Positions 22,083-31,013 of a stretch of DNA of 36,989 nucleotides are shown in pieces. A model generated the notes under the pieces. The model ran no database searches and was not told where the DNA came from. It saw only the letters and a list, made by a program, of their open reading frames with translations. Each line of letters starts with the position of its first letter. Positions within the stretch are counted from its first letter, which is position 1. Source of the DNA: Octopus bimaculoides (taxonomy: Eukaryota); contig NC_068984.1 in NCBI RefSeq assembly GCF_001194135.2, forward strand, positions 93,698,206 through 93,735,194. The letters are read 5' to 3'. The position numbers and the translations under genes are program-made.

Positions 22083-22225
22083 TGTTATGTCTCAAGCTAC
22101 TGCTATCTAGTACCTTTGGATGATCTCTACTCAACTGCTACTCAACACCCCTACCACGGCCAGACTACCTCTATTTATATGTCTTGCACGATCCTACTTC
22201 TTCACTTGGGGGCGTCGACACAACA
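22083..22225 (-). repeat. 5' LTR (143 bp)
   Basis: Direct repeat of 17649-17802. Contains ATATAAATAG on the minus strand. Confidence 0.95.
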
Positions 22226-22440
22226 GATATGTTGGATGCACTCAAAAAAAACCTGTGGAAAAAAATCATTACACACTGAAGTACGAACAGGTCCTTTACG
22301 AAATATTTACCCAAGATAGGGACAGGCATGCGAATAGAAGGGTCGATGAAACTGAAAAAGCAAGGGCTGAGCATCTGGCGGAACAGAGGGAAAGTGGAGA
22401 CATACAAGGAAACCAAACGAAATCGAACATGGAGGGTCAT
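22226..22440 (+). mobile_element. Third Helitron-like copy, right part
   Basis: Continues the sequence interrupted at 17648 and matches about 16235-16400. Confidence 0.75.
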
Positions 22441-22566
22441 TAGACCAGACATATATGTATATATATATATATATATGGGAGAATATACAAATAATAACAA
22501 CAGACGAGGACAGGTGGTGTAAATAACAAAAGTATATATTAGTATGACGCTCAGGAATACGGAAAG

Positions 22567-22603
22567 TCTTTGACGTTTCGAGCTACGCTCTTCAACAGAA
22601 AGA
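22567..22603 (-). ncRNA. Minimal type I hammerhead ribozyme-like motif (core variant) in a Penelope-like fragment
   Basis: Minus strand: tcttt-CTGTTGA-A-GAGC gta GCTC-GAAAC-GTC-aaaga. Stems I and II pair, stem III is palindromic, and the core carries A6U. Confidence 0.6.
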
Positions 22604-22699
22604 ATACGGAGACAAGGAGAAAAACACGGAGAACATATATATATATACAAGCTCAGGATTAAAATAGCATAGTTTGTATATATTACAGTTATGTTGAAA

Positions 22700-23590
22700 T
22701 AGGGGATATGGGAAAGTGCAGCATTGACAACAGAACATTTGTGGAGTAAATGATGGGTTAATTCAACTAAGCAACATGCTATGCATCCATTTGGAATATT
22801 TCAGGCCCTAACCTGTGGGGGTTATGTGATTTTTTAACGTACCGAAAAGCTGTCAGTGGATATAGTCACTTTTGCAGCAGTCGGCGCTGTGTCTAACACA
22901 ACCCATCATCTGAATTTTTGAGACCTCCTTCGGGTTTGGTGTCCTACATCATCCATAAAGTAAATTTGGAAGGACTGTTGTTGTTCATTTGTGGGTAACA
23001 GGGAACCAATGAGGTGATAGACTTGCCCTTGAACTTTGACGTCGGAATAAATTCATGTTTATCTATCTTATTAGATGCACCAAACAATGTCATTTGCAGA
23101 GTTGTATTGTCTGATATTGTTCAGAAAATCCTTTGACTGGATGGAAATGCCTTCTAGAAGATCCATAAGAGATTGAGAAGGAGGTGGTAGTGCTGGCAAT
23201 GTTACCTGACCATCTGAGCAACACATACCATTTGTTTCATTTGAAAATTTTAAAGCTCTACAGAAAAGACAATTTGTGTTTAGCACACCAATTTGGACAG
23301 AGTTATTATTTTTATAAGAATGGGATGGATCATATCTGAAAACAGCTTCAGGAGTTGTGACGAACGAATTTGTACATAGTCTGTTTCTGAGAGCTATTCT
23401 ATTGGACCTCTGTCTAATCATTACAACATCGATTTAATGAGCCAGCATTAAGTGCTGCGACATGCATTAGCTGATCTTGAGGAAATCTCATCTAGCTTCT
23501 CTCTTCAGACTTTGCCTTCGGCTTTCTACAATCCTCCTTGCTTTATACTCATTTCTGGAGAGATTACGTCTTTTCTTTGGAGGCGTATTT
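22700..23590 (-). pseudogene. Helitron RepHel N-terminal remnant
   Basis: (M)PPKKRRN start, CLFCRALKFSNETNGMCCSDGQV, FLNNIRQYNSA, and KVQGQVYHLIGSLLP...QIYF in shifted frames. Confidence 0.85.
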
Positions 23591-24363
23591 TTTCCAATAT
23601 TGTAAACAAAAAATTATGAACAAAGAAAGAAATTATACATTAATCCCTATTTCTGTCAGCAGTTCTATCCGTAAAAATTTATTTGAAGAGAGCAGTAATT
23701 GAAAGAAGAGAAAGAGAACAGAGAAAGAAAGTGAAAGAAGTACGTACGTCTATATGAAATGGATGTGTGTGTATGCATGTGTATGCAAGTGAGAAAGAGA
23801 GATAGAGTCAGTGAGTGAAGGTGTGTGTCATGATGATTGATGTCTTTTAAGGTACACATACATATAGAAAATGTGATGTCATAATATAAAATGTTTACAA
23901 TAGTTTATTCATGCAAAAGATTATGTTAAATTTTTGAAAAGAAAATATGTGAAAGAAAATTAACTTAAATTTCTGGCCAAAATAGTACTGAATTTTTTGA
24001 TACCCCATACGTGAAAATCTGTAACTCAGTTTTGGAATGTGGCACATAAAAAGCACCCATTACACTCTCGGAGTGGTTGCTGGTTTCTTTTCAACAAGGA
24101 TAATTGATTAATAACGAATCTTAACACAATATATATACAGCTTCAGGTGGAATTGGACGTCATAAGAGAGACAGGATAGCGGTTTTGGCTGACTATCATC
24201 CTGTAATCCTCATGTTGCTAGCGAAATGGTATGTGTCTGAGCAACTGGTTGTTTTGAATGACAGAACAAACAGGACAAAAAGATTACAAAAATAGCGATT
24301 CTCACTTTGAAACTAACAATTTTGAAAATCTTTTTAGATTACTAAACATCCCGCTTTCTCATT

Positions 24364-24410
24364 TCATCATCATCATCATCGTTTAACGTCCACTTTCCAT
24401 GCTAGCATGG
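24364..24410 (-). mobile_element. RTE 3' tail next to a gap
   Basis: catcatcatcatcatcgtttaacgtccactttccatgctagcatgg nearly identical to 31014-31060. Confidence 0.8.
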
Positions 24411-24510
24411 NNNNNNNNNNNNNNNNNNNNNNNNNNNNNNNNNNNNNNNNNNNNNNNNNNNNNNNNNNNNNNNNNNNNNNNNNNNNNNNNNNNNNNNNNN
24501 NNNNNNNNNN

Positions 24511-24559
24511 ACTCTTTTACTTGTTTCAGTCATTTGACTGCGGCCATGCTGGAGCACCT
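24511..24559 (-). mobile_element. SINE end fragment next to a gap
   Basis: ttttacttgtttcagtcatttgactgcggccatgctggagcacc, recalled as the end of an abundant octopod SINE. Confidence 0.55.
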
Positions 24560-25264
24560 TGCAAATTTTGATTGATATTGTAAATAATTATTTGTTATAT
24601 TCTATGCTTGAATTACATCCTATTTCAAACCAGAATTCATAAACCGATTGGTGTGTAGTTACTATTCAATTATTATACCAACCAAACACGAAGAGGTTTT
24701 TTTCTGAAAGTATGTGAGAAATAAAAATGAAGTCATATATAATTTATTATTGCTGTCTTCTCTATGAACACATATTTAATTTCCTACAAATGTAAAGAAA
24801 ATACTTTTTCAACAAGATTTTGTAATTGGAAAAACAAAAAAGTATTGTTATTGATCAGGAAGTACTAAATCCTAACTGTAACAATGTTTAAGAAGTTTTG
24901 GTTTAAAATGTAAGGGAACATACACACAAAAAATATCATAGATGCATAATAAATATTATTGAGTGTTTAGCAAGATGGGATGAAATTTAAGATGCATAAA
25001 AGTGAAAAGAAAAGACAAGAAGAGTAGCTCCAATATAAAAATTAATTAAGCATGCTAATGAGTATAATAATGTCTCCCTAGATTAAATGTTCACAAAAAC
25101 AGATAAATTAAAGGTAAATGCAAACAGCCAGTGTAAATACATAACAAACCACTACCAAAGGCAAAAATACAATTCCTTCACACGATATATTGTTCACCTA
25201 ATGTAAAGATTATTTCAAACAACGATCTAAACGGAAAGAACATTTCCAGTGTAATAGTTCAAAC

Positions 25265-25786
25265 GTGCATTAGTTACATTATTTACATTCAACGGATATT
25301 TGTCCTCATCTTGTTTGTTGTTAACACAACATTTTGGCTAATATACCCTCCAGCCTTCTCCAGGTGTCTTGGGGAAATTTCGAACCTGGGTTCTCATTCC
25401 TAAGGTATTTTTTAGATGTTATTATTATTATTATTGTTCAGGTCACTGCTTGGAATCAAACTCAGAATCTTGGGGTTAGTAGCCCGCGCTCTTAACCACT
25501 ACTCCATATGCTTGTGGGCCATATTGGTTAAGAGCACAGGTTACTAACCCCAAGATTCCGAGTTCGATTCCAAGCAGTCACCTGAACAATAATAATAATA
25601 ATATCGAAAAATACCTTAGGAATGAGAACCCAGGTTTGAAATTTCCCCAATACACCTGAAGAAGGCTGGAGGGTATATTAGCTGAAACGTTGTGTTAACG
25701 ACAAACAAGATGAGGACAAATATCCGTTGAATGTAAATAATGAAAATAATGCACATAATTCCTCATCTCTTAAATATAGAACTGTA
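25265..25786. mobile_element. Head-to-head inverted dimer of a tRNA-headed, hammerhead-bearing element
   Basis: Arms 25265-25498 and 25525-25754 are inverted repeats. Each has a tRNA-like head (A-box-like gtagtggttaagagc, B box gagttcgattcc), an (AAT)n tract and a Penelope-like tail. Confidence 0.85.
25652..25695 (+). ncRNA. Minimal type I hammerhead ribozyme (Penelope-type)
   Basis: acac-CTGAAGA-a-ggctg gagggtatat tagct-GAAAC-GTT-gtgt: conserved core, 4-bp stem I, stem II, and palindromic AACGTT stem III. Confidence 0.7.
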
Positions 25787-26764
25787 GTTGAAACGTGTTC
25801 TTGATAAAATAGTTAACAAATAATTATTGCTTATTAGCAACAGTAATACAATTTTGCAGATAACAAAACATTATATTTTTGTGCAGAGTTCATGTGCATG
25901 TATGTAAGGTATAAAAAATATTCATGCCAAAGAATACATATAGCGTTTGTGAGAAAAGGACAGTTTACAATGTAGGATCTCACAATAATTGACTGGGTCT
26001 AATTTCTTGATCAAAAATAGCACCATGCATTGAGGAAATGGGCTCTAGAATCTATTCATCAGAAAACGAACGTAACATAAGTTGTCTGACTGGCTGAAAA
26101 TGGCTGCAAAAGCAGTCATATAAATTTTTCAGTTCTCTGCAACATTCCAATGATGTAGGGTCATATGACAGAAAAGGGCATTTCACTCTGTGATAAGAGT
26201 AATTGGACTATAGTAAAATGGTTGTTTATATGCGAGCAACACTAGTAGGTGCCCGTGTATATATCTGTATGTGTATTTGAGGTGGGAGAGTAGAATAAGA
26301 GTTATACTAGTATTTGCGTTTCCATTGCTGACAAGGAATAATCATGCAAAGAAATGTTGAAGAATAAAAATTTAACTTGTATAATGTGGAAGAGTGCAGG
26401 GAAATATCAAAACCCAGAAGTGAAAGAGGAAGGGACATGGCAGGACCAGAAGCCACGGAGGAAGTGACGTTACATAGAGAAGTACAGGATTTGATCAACC
26501 TCTTTTTTCGTAGGACATCCGAGGTGATCAGTAGTGTGAAGTGAATTCAGGAAGAGTAGGTTTAGTCAGAGGTTGTGAAGCATAAGCATTTGGGTTCTTG
26601 CAACAATCTTTTTCTAATTTTAGTGGAGAATAGATTTCATCTCTGAAGCATGTCAAAAGATAAGAGCATTTTACTTTTGCTGTTGCATTTACATGATATG
26701 TCGGCATGTTTTTCTGTTGTGGGAATTGTTTCTTCTTTTCTACAGTTGACATTCAGTATTGCCA

Positions 26765-28930
26765 TGAGGATAGAATCACTGACGAAGTTTTGAAACCATT
26801 TTCTGGTGAGCTGAAAAGAAAGTGAAGCTCGTTGCTAAAACTGCAGGGCATACATGAGTCACCAGTCTTTTATGTTAATGTATGTAGAAGGTAGTGTTCT
26901 GAATTTGTATTTCGAGATGGCTGAAGCAGATCAGTTAAAGGTCAAAAAGACTGAAGAGCAATTGAAGGATGCATATATAGAAAGAGCTTTTAATGCATAC
27001 AAGAAGCCAGGGAGAGTGAAATGGACAGGGGAGCCAGTAGATGATTATGTGAGTGAGCTAAGGAAACTGGGTTTATTGGCAGAGTGGTGGAGAGAATTGT
27101 GAAGCTGGCTTTCGTGATTGGATTCTCTGACCATATCTCAGTGAGGTTGTAGCAACTGCTGGACATCAGCACAATGTTGGTGGACAATTTGGTAGATAAT
27201 GCGTATTGATGCAGAATGACACATATGATGTCAGGCAATGGTGATGACAGACTTGTAAGATGAAGGGCAGGTAGCAAATAGCAAGAACCAGAGTATTGTG
27301 GAAAAAGCAAGACAGGCGTTTAATGGACAGTGTTTTGGGTGTCGGGTTCTCACATGGCCAGAGATTGCAAGGAACCAAAATCTGAAGTGGTATGTTACCA
27401 GTGTGACCTGCCCGAGTACATAGCGAGCTATTGCAAACAGGGAAATGGAAAGTGGGGAAGGGCTTACTATGCAGGTAGCTGGCCTGACAATTGATTAGAG
27501 GCACACCCACGTTCATTGCCTGCAATAAGGGTTCTGATGGGGGCAAGGGAAGCACAAGCTCTTGCTGATATGGGATGAACAACAACCTTGAGAGCTGGAG
27601 TGTGATAGCAGAGAGGTTAGATGTAGAAGCATCAGTGCAGTGGAGATGGAGGTACTAGGAACATTGATAAAAATACTGGTGATTGTCATCATTGAAATAG
27701 TGGATGATGTTGAAGTTGTTGTAGGTATGGCATAATTGGCTGACTGGGTGGTGTGATGATTGGCAAAATGTAAGTGGAATTTGGTGAACAGCGTACCTCT
27801 TGCTGTAAGCATGAAGTGGAAGAAGGCTGTAGGATCGATAGGCCAAGTTCAGAGAGAAGGAATACGATAGACAAGAAGATGAGGTTTTCTGGGCTAAGTT
27901 CAGCAGCAAACAAGGGTTAATACCATCATGTTGAGAAACAAGGTGAATTGCTACAAGTACACCCTGAAAAGGGAGGCTAGGAATGAATTCAAGAGAGAGG
28001 TGGGCAGATGGCTAGGAGAGGTTATATTAATGCTGTAGAAAGAGGAAGTTCAGAGTAGTATGCTGCCAGAATAAAGTCTTATCAGTGCTAGATTTTGGGG
28101 AATTGAATGAGCACGTGTCATGTCTTATGGCCAGTGAAGAAGCAGACATCAGTGGGGAAATTTTGTGGGAGTGAAGGCAGATGACAGGTGTGACTTGATC
28201 TCAGGTTGGCATATCTGCAGTTCCATGTGTCTGAGAAACTGTGGAGGTACCAGCTGGTGTGGTACAAGAGCAGAACATACTGTATGTCTTAGTTGGGATT
28301 TGGTTTGAGTCCAGCACCAAAAATCATGGCGACAGTTCTCAAAGTGATCTTGGGGAAGATAGCCAAGGTGGAGCAGGCTACTAGTTCCTACATTGATGAC
28401 ATTCTGGTAGATAAGTGCGAGGTGTTGGCAGGGGAAATTATGGGTCATCTGAGAAGGTTTAAGTTGATTGCAAATCCATCAGAGGCTATAGAAAGAGGTA
28501 CTGTACTGGGGCTCAAACTTGAACGAGATAAAGCAGATAGGCTCGTTTTGGAGAGGAAATGAGATTTCAGAGCTGAGTGAGGATATGAATAGGTGAAAGC
28601 TGTTATCAATGGGAAGGAAACTGGTAGAGCACTATCTTGTTGCAGGTTCCAAACAGCGTGCAAACCACAGTAAGAGGTGAGTTGAAGGAGTGAACTAGAG
28701 TGACAAAGTGGGAGAGAAAACAGAGTAGCCATGATGTAAGATGTCTTAGTGAGAGTAGAGAACCCAGTGAAGAGCAGCTGGTATGTGCCCAAAACAAAAA
28801 AGAATAGAGATTATATGGTGTAATGCGAGTTGCATAGCGATAAGAGTCATTTTGAAAATGTATTTCACGCATTTTTAAGTGAGTAAAAGGCTTTGTGATC
28901 TTTCGGCTGTATATCATGGAAATATGGACC
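26765..28930 (+). mobile_element. Second, strongly decayed Gypsy-type LTR retrotransposon (gag to RT; integrase not seen)
   Basis: gag-like LYFEMAEADQ...KWTGEPVDDYVSELRKL; RT FGLSPAPKIM...SSYIDDILV. Possible LTR from about 26356. Confidence 0.75.
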
Positions 28931-29147
28931 TAAGCATTATTGTTGATAGGTTTGGTCATAATGGATCTCCCAGGAGGCTGCTGACTGTTAAATGTTGGTG
29001 GCTAATTGTAAATTGTAAGCATTTAAGTTTAATATGATGATGATGGTGAAAATTTGGCGAATTGGATATGAAAAAGGAGCAAAGTGTTTGTGTAGGAATA
29101 ATTGATGATTCTTTTCTGGGATAAAAACTATTTTCTTTTTTTTTTAA

Positions 29148-29437
29148 CCCATTACCTACCAGTGATCTCATATGAGATCACTTAAAAATTACAAATTTCG
29201 TAATTATCTGTCAATATTTACACATATCTAACCTTTTTGCTATATCTACCAGGTATATTTCTCTGATATTTAAATGAGGTTTGCTAATTTTTCACCCAAT
29301 ATCTCGCTTATTTCGATTTAAATTGTTATTTTGAAATGTTATTTTGATCATTCCAGCGTGTTTCTAAGGCTGTTTTATGCTAGAAATCAAAGTTTCATTA
29401 AAAAATTCCAGTTAATAAAATTATGGGAGGTAATGGG
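29148..29437. mobile_element. piggyBac-type MITE (290 bp)
   Basis: TTAA|CCCATTACCTACCA ... TGGGAGGTAATGGG|TTAA: 14-bp TIR with 1 mismatch and TTAA TSD. Confidence 0.85.
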
Positions 29438-30329
29438 TTAAACGCAATTAAAATTGGTTGAAACTGCTACAATTTCAGGGATGAAATGAGAAGAAAAAAT
29501 TCTTTGGATCAGTGTGTCATTGTAATTATGTTTGTGTGTGAGTGCTGTTAGTGGTGTATATGTGTTAGAGTGATTGAATTGTTAGGAGTATATGTGAATG
29601 GGTTGGTGGGTAGTATAGCAGTTTTGTCATTAGCTAACGACATAGCATAGCTGGTTGTATTCATTGCAAGCTATTCTTTGACAACTGTTACTTACTGTTT
29701 TGTGTCGACAGCAATGGTGTTTGTAATAGTTGATAAATTGTGGTAGCATCCCCTCTTGGACTATGACCAATAGCCAGTTGTTGTTTCAGTTGTGTTCTGC
29801 TTGAAAGCTAGGTACCAACTAATTAACTAGCTTGTCTTTGTCTACTTTTATAGAAGTCTTCATAAAGTCTTGAATAGCAAGTCAGTAAATGCCAAGACGA
29901 TACATTTGATTGCTTGATTGAGATCAAACAAGAAAACATTTTTGCAAGCAAGAAAGCACTGTCAAATAAATAGATAAAATCCTAGCCTCATACAGGTGTT
30001 TCAGTTCCTCGCAGTGGATCAGCTCCAATTTGAAGTCTGATTCTCAGTTACTCTTTGTTTTCCGACAGGTTATAGTAGATCTATGTTGCTCCACTATGTG
30101 CAATGATCACGGGTTAAACAGACACCGTTTGCATGCTGTGTGTGTATTTTCACAAGATTGATGCAAACGGGAACCTTGCTGTCCCCACTTTTCAGTATGC
30201 ATGTTATGGGTTTTACTTCATGCATTTCACAGGTGCATTAGTGTTTTCTAATTTACCTCCAAATTATTTAACTCCCAAATGCTGAAAAGTAAATATAAGT
30301 TTTGCGATGAATATTCTAAAAGGTGAACA

Positions 30330-30700
30330 ATTTTTTAACAAGAAAAAGATTATTTTGAAGTTGATTGCAGAGTATGTAATTGTGCTTTCAATACTGAATG
30401 TGGTGGGAAGTCATATAGAAAAACTGCAAAGTATAAACAATGTCTACTATTCTAGGGTCACTCAACAACAAAAATATCACATTTCTTGATTAAAAGAATA
30501 CACAAGATAATAACTGCAGAAGTTACAAAGGCTTTCCACACAGTACAGTATCATCAGTTGTTCAGATAGAATGATTTTATGATAGAGCTAACAGCTTGAA
30601 AGAACTTCTAACAGTATTTTTCGATTTCACAACTGCAAGTAATTTTCATTGCTCCAACCACAATTTCACCGATAGTGAAAGATTTAAACGATTTGATGGC
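30330..30700 (+). pseudogene. Possible hAT-like transposase N-terminal remnant
   Basis: CRVCNCAFNTECGGK (BED-finger-like) and AEVTKAFHTVQYHQLFR in shifted frames. Confidence 0.45.
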
Positions 30701-31013
30701 ATTTCCAAGTGAAGCCCCAGCTTTTACAGAAAACTAGTTTTTGATGTGTTTTTGCACAGAGGTGTGTATAATGTTGTAGCAGGGATTCGATACCAGATCT
30801 CTTGATGCACAGTCAGATATCATGAGCAAACTATACCTGATGAAAGTCATGTGATGTTGAAGTCATTGCCATTAAATTTTCATTTATATTGTTGGAACTG
30901 AAAAGTTAAAAGATTTTTTCATCTTTTCTATTTGGCTCACACTTTTCAATTAATTTAATTTTGTTCTAATTGATTTCATATTTGGTGTATTGATGCAGTT
31001 TTGTATGCTAATT

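Larger units (their letters stand above)
17649..22225 (-). mobile_element. Ty3/Gypsy LTR retrotransposon (Mag/K02A2.6-like), structurally complete but mutated
   Basis: Two TG...CA LTRs, TSD GATAC/GATAT, PBS, PPT, and domain order gag-PR-RT-RH-INT. Confidence 0.95.

Noticed and set aside
24141-24228. Plus-strand exon-like segment SGGIGRHKRDRIAVLADYHPV with donor gtatgt
   Set aside because: No polypyrimidine tract, no recognisable homology and no partner exons.
25540-25560. tRNA-like heads as true tRNA genes
   Set aside because: Acceptor stem is not formed and the heads run into SINE bodies.
30069-30160. Plus-strand acceptor ttactctttgttttccgacag with a short open frame
   Set aside because: No convincing donor or recognisable product.
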